Assembly: GCA_947599755.1 (NCBI GenBank)
Contig: CANQFO010000003.1
Location: 1-34,004, forward strand
Source of the DNA: an uncultured Bacilli bacterium
GTDB taxonomy: Bacteria; Bacillota_I; Bacilli_A; RF39; UBA660
Reading direction: 5' to 3'
Length of the DNA: 34,004 nt
Part shown: positions 1 through 8,935 of the stretch, piece by piece
Numbering within the stretch: position 1 is the first letter of the stretch
How the letters are laid out: each line of letters opens with the position of its first letter
Notes under the pieces: generated by a model
Told to the model about the DNA's origin: nothing
Databases searched by the model: none
What the model saw: the letters and a program-made list of their open reading frames with translations, nothing else
Made by a program: the position numbers and the translations under genes

Positions 1-2
1 CC

Positions 3-638
3 CCAGAAGTAATTAAAAATACAAATATCAAGTTAGTTCACCGATTAACATCAGGAGATGATCGAGAACTAATTGGAAATACAATGTCTGCAACTCCTAT
101 GCAAGTCGATGCCATGGCAACATTAACACAAGGTGGAGCATTCATGAATTATGAGGGATTATTAAGACCTTTTCAATTACAAGTTCATTATACGAAAGAA
201 CATGATATCCCTGCACCAAGCAATTATGAATTATATGATATTATGGATAAAATAGGAACGTATCATCAATTAAAAATGGGAATGATTGAACGAGAAGGAA
301 AAGGAATTATCAACTCAATCGAACACCTATATTTAGGTCTTGATGCCTTTTATCATCATTTAGAAACATATCAATATGAAGAACCAGGATTAGAAAATAA
401 AATTAAACAAATGAATATTATTGTTGAAGAATACCGAAAAGAATTAATTAAAATTCAAGATCAATATCTTGAATATTTGACCAAAACAGAAAATCATGAA
501 AATTTTGAAAATCAAAAGAAATCGATTAGTGAACAAATTCAAATTGCTTCTGCTCAATTTATGAACATCGTGGAAAAAAACAAAAAATTAGTTGCTATAA
601 AAATAGATCAAATGAGAAAAGAAGGGATAGAAATATGA
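3..638 (+). CDS. HerA/DUF87-like (FtsK-HerA superfamily) ATPase, C-terminal part; 5'-truncated by the window
   Basis: The frame is open from nt 3, upstream of the track start at 84. It reads PEVIKNTNIKLVHRLTSGDDRELIGNTM...ATLTQGGAF...P, the typical end of a HerA/VirB4-type P-loop domain, followed by a helical tail. Walker motifs lie outside the window. Confidence 0.75.
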   Translation, partial: PEVIKNTNIKLVHRLTSGDDRELIGNTMSATPMQVDAMATLTQGGAFMNYEGLLRPFQLQVHYTKEHDIPAPSNYELYDIMDKIGTYHQLKMGMIEREGKGIINSIEHLYLGLDAFYHHLETYQYEEPGLENKIKQMNIIVEEYRKELIKIQDQYLEYLTKTENHENFENQKKSISEQIQIASAQFMNIVEKNKKLVAIKIDQMRKEGIEI

Positions 639-1120
639 AAAATCATAAAATGACTATTGAAGAGATTAGAAAAGAGCATATGGAAGTAGGAGAAAGAGTT
701 ACGGATACGCAAAATAAATATAAAAAAGCTAAAGAAAATGAAAGAATTGCTGCTAATTTAAAAGAGACAATTGAAAATACGGATTTGCCAGAAGATTATC
801 GAAATTCTTTGCGAAGTAAATTTGCTGAAGCTTCGGTGCAATTTACTGATGCCAAAAATGAATTAAAAGAAGAATTGAATACGTTGCAAAAAAGGACTAA
901 TGAGTTACAAGAGATTGCGAATGAAACAGCGAAAGATATATCAGGAGCGAAAGAGGATATTAGTAAAGTAGGAACAAAAGATGATGATCGTAATATTATC
1001 TTAAAGTTAAGACAAAAATTAGTAGAAACCAGTAATGGTGAATTTAATGAATGGCAACATCAAGAGCAAGATTTTGCTAGAATGAATAAAGAAGTAGAGC
1101 AAATGAAAGATAATTTATAA
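635..1120 (+). CDS. Small all-helical coiled-coil protein (161 aa), paralog of the next gene
   Basis: ATGA overlap with the upstream stop. Heptad-rich, no TM segment or signal peptide. Confidence 0.8.
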   Translation: MKNHKMTIEEIRKEHMEVGERVTDTQNKYKKAKENERIAANLKETIENTDLPEDYRNSLRSKFAEASVQFTDAKNELKEELNTLQKRTNELQEIANETAKDISGAKEDISKVGTKDDDRNIILKLRQKLVETSNGEFNEWQHQEQDFARMNKEVEQMKDNL

Positions 1121-1133
1121 AGGTGGTATAAAA

Positions 1134-1607
1134 ATGAAAGGATTAGATGCTAGAGCAACCCGTCAAAAAATCGAAAGTCTTAAAGAAAAAACAGAAACAG
1201 AAGATCAAAATATAGATAAGCTAAATCGTAATAAAGATGCACTATCGGAGATGAAAAATTCCATTGAAGGGCTAGATGATTTTACTAGAGGATTACTAGA
1301 AAACGAAATTCAAAATTCCGAAACAGCCAATGATCAAGAAATCGCTCAATCTGAAACAAAAATAGAAAAAACCCAAGAAGAACTACAAGAAATAAGTAAT
1401 GAAGCAAATGAAAATTTAGAAAAAGTGAGTGATTCCAGTCAAAAAATTAATGAAATTGCTCAAGCAGCTAAAGAAACAGGATTAGATTTATCAAAAGTAA
1501 GCGATGTAGCCAATGAACAATTAAAAGATTGGAAAGAAGAAGCTCTAAATGCTGAAAATTTACAAAAAATGATGAATGCAGTTAGAGATAAATATCATCA
1601 TCAATGA
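1134..1607 (+). CDS. Small all-helical coiled-coil protein (157 aa)
   Basis: SD AAGGTGG upstream. Heptad-rich. Shares ELQEI[AS]NE and a spaced Trp with 635..1120. Confidence 0.8.
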   Translation: MKGLDARATRQKIESLKEKTETEDQNIDKLNRNKDALSEMKNSIEGLDDFTRGLLENEIQNSETANDQEIAQSETKIEKTQEELQEISNEANENLEKVSDSSQKINEIAQAAKETGLDLSKVSDVANEQLKDWKEEALNAENLQKMMNAVRDKYHHQ

Positions 1608-2347
1608 AAAAAACATTAACATTAGCTTTTTTCGGAGAAATTCCTTCATATACAGTAATGGCATCTATAGGTTTTTTAATTACAAGTGTAGTGATGCTCT
1701 ATTATGAAATAAAAGCTGGATATGAAATCAAAAAAATAACCAAAAAGCATATCATTTGTATTATTGGATTATTAATCGGAATGAAATTATTTGGTATGCT
1801 CTCAGTATTTTTAGATATGTTAATCAATAGTCGAAAAATTGATTTTTACGAAATTATCAATTCAGGAATTGTATTTTATGGAGGGTTACTAGGATATTAT
1901 ATAGTCAGAAGAATGATTACCAAAAACGAAATTAATAAAAGTGTCTTTGATATATTAGCCTTTTGTTTTCCTATGTTTTCAATATTTGGTAGAATCGGTT
2001 GTTTTTTGGCAGGTTGCTGTTACGGGATGCCTTCTCATTCTATTATTGCGGTTCCTATGCCATCAGAAAACGGTGAAATCATAAATCGTATACCGACACA
2101 ATTAATAGAAGCCCTGTTTAATGTAGGATTGACCATAACATTTATAATTTTATATCATAAAAAACAAAAAAAAGATGGGAAAAACGTTTATTGGTATTTT
2201 CTCTCTTATTCCATATTTAGATTTGTGATTGAATTCTTTAGAGGAGATAAAATCAGGGGAGTTTATGGAATATTGTCATTTAGTCAAATCATTAGTATTT
2301 TCTTATTCATATATAGTATTGATAAATTAAAAAAAAGGAGTGAGTAG
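1604..2347 (+). CDS. lgt: Prolipoprotein diacylglyceryl transferase (Lgt) family protein, Cys-type variant
   Basis: Multi-pass membrane protein with FYGGLLG, GRIGCFLAGCCYG, PTQLIEA, RFVIEFFRGD and LSFSQIIS motifs. ATGA overlap with the upstream gene. Confidence 0.88.
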   Translation: MKKTLTLAFFGEIPSYTVMASIGFLITSVVMLYYEIKAGYEIKKITKKHIICIIGLLIGMKLFGMLSVFLDMLINSRKIDFYEIINSGIVFYGGLLGYYIVRRMITKNEINKSVFDILAFCFPMFSIFGRIGCFLAGCCYGMPSHSIIAVPMPSENGEIINRIPTQLIEALFNVGLTITFIILYHKKQKKDGKNVYWYFLSYSIFRFVIEFFRGDKIRGVYGILSFSQIISIFLFIYSIDKLKKRSE

Positions 2348-2349
2348 TC

Positions 2350-4134
2350 GTGTTACAAATAATCATGAAAGGAATAAAAAGAGCCATAGCATATGGAATT
2401 ATGGTAGGAGGAGGAATTGCTGCAACAGGATATTTGGGAGTGGAATGTCTTGAATGTGCATGTGGTTCATGTATAGGATCATCAACCTATAGTAGTTGGA
2501 TTAATGCAGGGTTCTCCATTGGTTTGTTTGTGGGAATCATTGCTGCAATTTATGGATTTATTGCTGGAGTAGCTCAAGCATCAAGTGATGCTAAAGAAGA
2601 AAAGATCAATAATCAAAAAAAATGGGTTAATACTGTAAATAATGAAATAGCCAATATTAAAAATTTATTAGAATCAGGACAAAATGCAAATAATGAAATT
2701 CAAAGATGCCTAAATTATATAGGACAAACACAATTATGGATGGATAACAAATTTATTAGTAAAAATATAGAACCAGCAAGACAAAAACTAAAGAATCAAG
2801 TATTTGCTATTGATCAAATTAGTATGAATAATGAAGGGGCAGGGGAGTTAACGAAAGTCAAAAATATTTTAAACGCAAGAAATATTTTACAGTCTGAAAC
2901 TAATTATCAGAAAAAAATAAATAATATCAATCAATTACTGCAATATATAGGAAATGCTTCAAATGTTATTAGTATGTATCCTTATGGGAAATTAACGCCA
3001 AATTTTGAACAAAATCTAGAAAAATATAGTCAAGAAAAAAATTTATATGAAGATTTATTAGAAAAGGAAACTAAAATTTTTGAAAATGCTGTAGAACATG
3101 CTGAATTATTAACAAAAGAATTACTAGAAGAAATTGAAGTATGTATGTATCAAGTAGTAAGAGAAAAGCCATACAATGCTGATAAATTTAACAAAATTCA
3201 AGCATTTTATGATTTCTTTAAAAATAAATATGCCATTCAAGAAAAGTATGATGATATAGAAGTGATTACGATTAAAGCACCGGATAGTTTATATAATGAG
3301 TTATATACATACAAATCAATGGGAGAAAGTGTCGTTAATAGTAAGAAAAATTATATTATGGAACAAGTAAATAATCGAATTAATTATCAAATTCAAGGAT
3401 CAACAGCTTTAAATATTGCAGCGGCATTGAAGAATTTAGGGTTGTTTGAATTAGAAAAAGAAATTTTAATTAACTATGTGGGAAGAGGAATCCAAGTAAG
3501 TGATAAAATTCAAAATCGAATTCGATATTTAGAAACAGATACTAGAAATGGAAAAATTGGTCAAATTCATGAAATTGAAACACAAGGATTTGCTTATGAT
3601 TTTGCATCTAGTACTTGGAATGATGATGATATTCAAGCTTTCTTTAGGAATTTGGCTTATCAAGAAAAGAAATTAAATTATTCTTTAGTCATTGAAGATT
3701 GGAAGAAAACTTTACCAATATTAAGTAAAGTTCAATTATCAGATGAAATTATTTGTAGTGAATTAAAGAAAATGTTACAGGAAGAATATGATGGTGAAAT
3801 TGATTGTTCTGTAACTAAAACGATAGCTTTGTCAGAAAGTAGTAATGAAGAACAACAAGCCATTGTATTTCAAAGTAGTCATGAAGAATATAATCGAGAA
3901 ATTACTTTTATTTTAAGTTGTATTAAAGTAGGGAAAAACTTAAGTATTCGAATCTTTACTTTATTTACCCCAAGTACAAAAACTACTACTGAGCAAGATT
4001 TGAAAGAAGCTTTGACTATTAAGAAAGGATTAAATCCAAAAAATACTGCTTATATTGAGGGACTAAAAGAATCTATATTAGAAACTTTAGAAAAATACTT
4101 AAAAAAGGAAACAACATCTAATGATATTTATTAA
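2350..4134 (+). CDS. Hypothetical membrane protein: N-terminal Gly-rich hydrophobic hairpin with a CxxCxCxxC loop, then a large soluble region
   Basis: GTG start with AGGAG at 2336-2340. Two hydrophobic segments flank ECLECACGSC. 594-aa ORF. Confidence 0.75.
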   Translation: MLQIIMKGIKRAIAYGIMVGGGIAATGYLGVECLECACGSCIGSSTYSSWINAGFSIGLFVGIIAAIYGFIAGVAQASSDAKEEKINNQKKWVNTVNNEIANIKNLLESGQNANNEIQRCLNYIGQTQLWMDNKFISKNIEPARQKLKNQVFAIDQISMNNEGAGELTKVKNILNARNILQSETNYQKKINNINQLLQYIGNASNVISMYPYGKLTPNFEQNLEKYSQEKNLYEDLLEKETKIFENAVEHAELLTKELLEEIEVCMYQVVREKPYNADKFNKIQAFYDFFKNKYAIQEKYDDIEVITIKAPDSLYNELYTYKSMGESVVNSKKNYIMEQVNNRINYQIQGSTALNIAAALKNLGLFELEKEILINYVGRGIQVSDKIQNRIRYLETDTRNGKIGQIHEIETQGFAYDFASSTWNDDDIQAFFRNLAYQEKKLNYSLVIEDWKKTLPILSKVQLSDEIICSELKKMLQEEYDGEIDCSVTKTIALSESSNEEQQAIVFQSSHEEYNREITFILSCIKVGKNLSIRIFTLFTPSTKTTTEQDLKEALTIKKGLNPKNTAYIEGLKESILETLEKYLKKETTSNDIY

Positions 4135-4167
4135 TATATTTTAGTATTGTGGAGTATCAATATGATT

Positions 4168-4200
4168 GAATGATAGAAGAAATTTTATCATTCTTTTCTT
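4168..4200 (+). terminator. Rho-independent terminator closing the ATPase-lgt operon
   Basis: Stem gaatgatagaa / ttttatcattc (one G-U pair), GAAA loop, then a T-rich tract. Confidence 0.75.
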
Positions 4201-4253
4201 CTTTTTTTTCCTTTATTTTCTTTTTCTTATTTAGATTATTTTTCTAAAATATG

Positions 4254-4282
4254 TTGATGTCCTTTTCATTTATCGATATAAT
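4254..4282 (+). promoter_or_regulatory. Putative sigmaA promoter
   Basis: TTGATG-17 bp-TATAAT upstream of 4370. Confidence 0.55.
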
Positions 4283-4369
4283 GAATTTATACAGTTTATC
4301 GGGAATGAGGCATACAAAATTAAAGATTAGAACAAAATGGAAAGGTAAGTAAATTACCAGGAAGTAAAA

Positions 4370-5095
4370 ATGGAAAAAAAAGTTTACGAAACAAGAAAAG
4401 GGGTAGAAGAAATACTTTCTAACCAAACTAGTGAAGATACGATTGAGGTAATAGAAATTATGAACATCCTCGCTCCTATTGCCCAAAAATGGCAAAAATT
4501 ATTAAATGTATTAATTGAAGAATCAGAAGATTTTGATAATCATAGTAAGGTTCATAAAATTATTAAAAAAAATCATCAAGTAAAAAATTACTATGTATTG
4601 TATAGTGGAATATGGGATTATTTATGTATGGATATTGATCAAGAAGAAAGAGTAGAATTAGGGCAAAATTTAGCACCGTTAGGAATGGATTTTTTTGTTC
4701 AATATTTTGATCAAAAATATCTTGCCCATCCAGAAGTTATTTATTATTCACTAAATATTACTAAAGAAGGGTTAAAAAAGATATTTTACATTTTGGAAAA
4801 TAATCCAGAATTATTGGAAGAGCCAAAATTTTATTATCAGTTTAGAGGAGGCAATCAGGAAACTATTCGTTTTCTTTTCAATGCAACAACTGCGGAAGTA
4901 AGAATCAAAATAGAAAGTAAAGGAAAAGAATTAAGTGATTTATTTTTAGATAAAGGGTTAACCTTAATTGGAACATCAACTTCATTAAAAAATATAAACG
5001 ATTTTAAGCAAATGATAGATGATATTACTAAGATAAAATTACCGAAAAAAATTATTCCTAAAGTATATCAGAAAACAAAAGGAAAGAAGGATTGA
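4370..5095 (+). CDS. Hypothetical protein (241 aa)
   Basis: Long ORF with codon style like its neighbours, ending 4 nt before the next gene. No motif recognised. Confidence 0.65.
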   Translation: MEKKVYETRKGVEEILSNQTSEDTIEVIEIMNILAPIAQKWQKLLNVLIEESEDFDNHSKVHKIIKKNHQVKNYYVLYSGIWDYLCMDIDQEERVELGQNLAPLGMDFFVQYFDQKYLAHPEVIYYSLNITKEGLKKIFYILENNPELLEEPKFYYQFRGGNQETIRFLFNATTAEVRIKIESKGKELSDLFLDKGLTLIGTSTSLKNINDFKQMIDDITKIKLPKKIIPKVYQKTKGKKD

Positions 5096-5099
5096 AATT

Positions 5100-6332
5100 A
5101 TGGAAAAGATAACAGTGATTGGAGGAGGAGCTTCTGGATTAATTGCAGCTATTTATGCAAAAACAGAGAATAATGAAGTAACGATATTAGAAAGAAATCC
5201 AGAATGTGGGAAAAAAATTTTGATCACTGGTAATGGTAGATGTAATTATTGGAATCAGGATCAAGCATTTATCCATTATCATAGTAAGAATCAAGAAAAA
5301 ATATCTTCTATTTTAACTAAAGAAAATCAACAAGAAATATTATCTTTTTTTGATCAAATAGGAATCATTCCTAAAATTAAAAATGGTTATTATTATCCAT
5401 TTTCTAATCAAGCAGTAACCATTCAACATGCTTTAATTCAAGAAGCAAAAAAGAAAAATGTAACGATAATCAAAAATTGTTTAGTAACCAAACTAACAAA
5501 GAACAAAGATAAATTTTTTCTTACTACTTCTATGGGAAAAATGGAATCAGATAAAGTAATCATTGCAACAGGATCATATGCTCATCCCAAAACAGGATCA
5601 ACAGGAATTGGATATGAATTAGCCAAAAAAATGAATCATACTATTATTCCTCCTTTACCATCGTTGGTTCAATTAAAAGCGGATTTAGGATCACTAAAAA
5701 AGTGGAAAGGAATTAGAACAGATGCTATTTTAACCTTAATCGAAGATGATCAGGAAATCAGACAAGAGCAAGGAGAAGTTCAATTAACAGAATATGGAAT
5801 TAGTGGAATATGTACGCTAAATTTAAGTTATCATGTTGCAATAGGATTAGCATCAGGAAAAAAAGAAAGGATTAAACTTAATTTTTTTCCATTTTTCCCT
5901 TCCCAATCACCAAAGCAAATTCAAGATTGGTTGAGCGAAAGAGAAAAAAGATGTCCTGATGATACGTTAGGAGAATCATTAGAAAAAATTCTCAATTATC
6001 AATTAGTTGATGTATTATTGCATGATAATAAAGAGCAAAAAGAAAAAAAATGGCATCAATTAACAGAACAAGAACAAGAACAAATCATAAAAAAAATTAC
6101 GGCTTTAGAAATTAGTATGATTGGAACAAATTCTTTTGAAGAAGCTCAAGTATGCAGTGGAGGTGTTCCTTTAACTGAGATTAAGGTAGAAACAATGGAA
6201 TCTCAAAAAATCAAAAATCTTTATTTTACGGGAGAAATATTAGATGTTGTCGGAGACTGTGGAGGATATAATTTAAGCTTTGCCTGGATATCTGGAATGC
6301 TAGCAGGTAAAGCAGTAAGGAGTAATCAATGA
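5100..6332 (+). CDS. HI0933/YhiN/BaiN-family NAD(P)/FAD-dependent flavoprotein
   Basis: VIGGGASG, GKKILITGNGRCN, ATGS...GSTGIGY, SGGV, LYFTGEILDVVGDCGGYNLSFAWISG. Confidence 0.93.
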   Translation: MEKITVIGGGASGLIAAIYAKTENNEVTILERNPECGKKILITGNGRCNYWNQDQAFIHYHSKNQEKISSILTKENQQEILSFFDQIGIIPKIKNGYYYPFSNQAVTIQHALIQEAKKKNVTIIKNCLVTKLTKNKDKFFLTTSMGKMESDKVIIATGSYAHPKTGSTGIGYELAKKMNHTIIPPLPSLVQLKADLGSLKKWKGIRTDAILTLIEDDQEIRQEQGEVQLTEYGISGICTLNLSYHVAIGLASGKKERIKLNFFPFFPSQSPKQIQDWLSEREKRCPDDTLGESLEKILNYQLVDVLLHDNKEQKEKKWHQLTEQEQEQIIKKITALEISMIGTNSFEEAQVCSGGVPLTEIKVETMESQKIKNLYFTGEILDVVGDCGGYNLSFAWISGMLAGKAVRSNQ

Positions 6333-7936
6333 TAAGAATTAGACAATTAAAATTAAGTGTTTTAGAACCGGAAGAAAAATTAATTTCTAAAATAAAAAAA
6401 GTATTATCGATTGAAGAGAGTGATATTTTCTCTTGGCAAATTCGAAAAAAATCTATTGATGCAAGGAAAAAAGATCAACTATGTTATGTTTATGAGATTG
6501 ATGTTGAAGTAAAGAATGAATATGAGATATTGAAAAAGAAATCATCAAAAGATATATTTTCTTCTCCAAAGGAAACTTATCAATTTCCCCTATCGGGAAA
6601 AATTCCTTTGCCTGGAAGACCGATTATAGTAGGAACAGGTCCAGCAGGATTATTTTGTGCTTATTTTTTAGCTGAAAATGGATATTTTCCTATTGTGATA
6701 GAGCAAGGAGAACCTATTGAAAGAAGAGTAAAAACAGTGGAGGAATTTTTTCAAACTGGTAAGCTCAATTTCCAATCTAATGTTCAGTTTGGAGAAGGAG
6801 GAGCAGGTACTTTTTCTGATGGTAAACTTAATACCATGATTAAAGATAAACATTATCGTGGAAAAAAAGTATTGGAATTGTTTGTAGAAAATGGTGCTCC
6901 AAAAGAAATTTTATATGAAAGTAAACCTCATATTGGAACTGATAGATTACGAGAGGTAATCAAGAAAATAAGAGAGAAGATTATTGCTAATGGAGGGGAG
7001 TTTCGGTATTTAACCAAACTCACCAATATTCGCATTCATGATGGGAAAATTACGGATATTGAAATTAATCATCAAGAATGGATTCCCTGTTCACTTTTGG
7101 TATTAGCCATTGGTCATAGTTCAAGAGATACCATAGAAATGCTTGAAAAAAATAATTTAAAGATAGTTCCAAAACCATTTGCAGTAGGAATTAGAATTGA
7201 ACATAAGCAAGAAATGATCAATCAAGCTCAATACGGAAAATATGCTTCTTATTTACCACCTGCTAGTTATAAATTAACCTATACGACGAAAGAAAAAAGA
7301 GGAGTTTATTCATTTTGCATGTGCCCTGGTGGATATGTGATCAATGCTTCTTCTGAACCTAACATGTTAGCGATTAATGGGATGAGTAATTATCAAAGGG
7401 AAACAGAGAATGCTAATAGTGCATTAGTTGTAACTGTATCTCCCAAAGATTTTGGTACTGATCCTCTTGATGGAATAAGATTTCAAAGAAATTTAGAAAA
7501 AAAAGCTTATGAAAAGGGTCAAGGAAAAATTCCTATTCAGCGATATCAAGATTTTAAAGAAAATAAAGTTACTACTAGACTTGGTCAAATCAAACCTGTA
7601 ACGAAAGGAGACTATACTTTTGCTAATTTAAATGAAATTTTTCCCAAAGAGATTACCCATGCATTAAAAGAAGCAATAGAGGTATTTGATCATCAAATAA
7701 AAGGATATGCCTTAAATGATGCGATTTTATTAGGAGTAGAAAGTAGGACTTCTTCACCAGTTAGAATCGAAAGAGATGAAGAAGGAGTAGCAAATATAAA
7801 AGGAATTTACCCATGTGGGGAAGGAGCTGGATATGCTGGAGGAATTACTTCATCTGCAATAGATGGAATTAAGGTAGCAGAATGGATTGCAAAAAAATAT
7901 AAAAATAAAGAAGATGAAGAAGAGAGGATAAAATGA
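6329..7936 (+). CDS. FAD-dependent dehydrogenase/oxidoreductase (COG2509-type)
   Basis: IVGTGPAGLF, NVQFGEGGAGTFSDGKL, PHIGTD, YSFCMCPGG, ESRTSSPVRI, YPCGEGAGYAGGITSSAIDG. Confidence 0.92.
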   Translation: MIRIRQLKLSVLEPEEKLISKIKKVLSIEESDIFSWQIRKKSIDARKKDQLCYVYEIDVEVKNEYEILKKKSSKDIFSSPKETYQFPLSGKIPLPGRPIIVGTGPAGLFCAYFLAENGYFPIVIEQGEPIERRVKTVEEFFQTGKLNFQSNVQFGEGGAGTFSDGKLNTMIKDKHYRGKKVLELFVENGAPKEILYESKPHIGTDRLREVIKKIREKIIANGGEFRYLTKLTNIRIHDGKITDIEINHQEWIPCSLLVLAIGHSSRDTIEMLEKNNLKIVPKPFAVGIRIEHKQEMINQAQYGKYASYLPPASYKLTYTTKEKRGVYSFCMCPGGYVINASSEPNMLAINGMSNYQRETENANSALVVTVSPKDFGTDPLDGIRFQRNLEKKAYEKGQGKIPIQRYQDFKENKVTTRLGQIKPVTKGDYTFANLNEIFPKEITHALKEAIEVFDHQIKGYALNDAILLGVESRTSSPVRIERDEEGVANIKGIYPCGEGAGYAGGITSSAIDGIKVAEWIAKKYKNKEDEEERIK

Positions 7937-8862
7937 TAAAAATAGTAAATAAAATAGAAAATGCTAATTGTATTACTCATAGTGGAACAATGCATGCAGA
8001 TGACGTATTCGCAACTGCTTTTTTAGAATTATATTTAAAAGAAATTCAAGTATTTCGAGCCTCATCTATTGATCAAAAAGATCAAGGAAAGGAAATCTAC
8101 ATCTATGATATCGGACGAGGAAAATTCGATCATCATCAAGAAGATGCTCAAAAAAGAAGCAATGGAATTTCTTATTCTTCAATAGGATTATTATGGAAAG
8201 AATATGGAAAAGACTATTTGCATCGAGAACAAATTCAAAATTCAGAGGAAGTTTACGAAGAAGTGGATAAAAATTTAATTGAAGGAATTGATGCGATTGA
8301 TAATGGAATATTTCCTAAAATAGAGGCAAATTATAAGGTAAAAACAATTTGTGATGTCATTAAATTATTTAATCCGAGCTATCAAAGTCAACAAGAAGAA
8401 TCTATACAATTTTTAAAAGCAGTAAACGTTGCCAAAGAAATATTTTTAGAAGAAATTAAAACTGAAGAAGGAAAGATAAAAGCCAAAAAACAAGTATTAG
8501 AAAAATTATCTAAAATCAAAAATCATACTTTAATATTAGAAGAATTTATGCCTTATGAAGAAACAATTTTAAAGGAAAAAGAAGGACAAGAAATTGCTTT
8601 TGTGATTTATCCATCTAATAGAGGAGGATATGCGATCAAAACAGTTCCTAAGAGTATGGAAGATAAAACGAAAAAGGTAGAATTTCCAGAAGAATGGGCA
8701 GGGTTAGAAAAGGAAGAATTAGAAAAAATTAGTGGAATAAAAGGAATTGAATTTTGTCATCGAGGTAGATTTTTAGTTACTTGTAAAACCAAAGAAATTG
8801 CTCAAAAAATTGTAGAAGTAGTATTGAAAAAAGAGCAGAAAGAACAAGATCAGGTTGTATAG
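7933..8862 (+). CDS. MYG1 (UPF0160) family DHH-type hydrolase/exonuclease
   Basis: THSGTMHADD, DIGRGKFDHHQ, SSIGLLWK, IDAIDNG, FPEEWAGL, FCH motifs. Confidence 0.92.
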   Translation: MIKIVNKIENANCITHSGTMHADDVFATAFLELYLKEIQVFRASSIDQKDQGKEIYIYDIGRGKFDHHQEDAQKRSNGISYSSIGLLWKEYGKDYLHREQIQNSEEVYEEVDKNLIEGIDAIDNGIFPKIEANYKVKTICDVIKLFNPSYQSQQEESIQFLKAVNVAKEIFLEEIKTEEGKIKAKKQVLEKLSKIKNHTLILEEFMPYEETILKEKEGQEIAFVIYPSNRGGYAIKTVPKSMEDKTKKVEFPEEWAGLEKEELEKISGIKGIEFCHRGRFLVTCKTKEIAQKIVEVVLKKEQKEQDQVV

Positions 8863-8877
8863 AAACCCAAAAAATTC

Positions 8878-8906
8878 TTGCTTTATTGGATAAAATATGA
8901 TATAAT
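8878..8906 (+). promoter_or_regulatory. sigmaA promoter with extended -10
   Basis: TTGCTT-17 bp-TATAAT with TG one base before the -10. SD GAGGGGG follows. Confidence 0.7.
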
Positions 8907-8935
8907 GTGAAGCGGAAAAAGAGGGGGTAGAAAAA

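Noticed and set aside
84-638. Track ORF treated as a complete 184-aa protein
   Set aside because: The frame is open to the window start and the upstream codons carry ATPase motifs, so it is a partial gene.
635-1607. WXG100/EsxA assignment
   Set aside because: Both proteins are ~160 aa rather than ~100 and have no central W-x-G. Kept only as an analogy.
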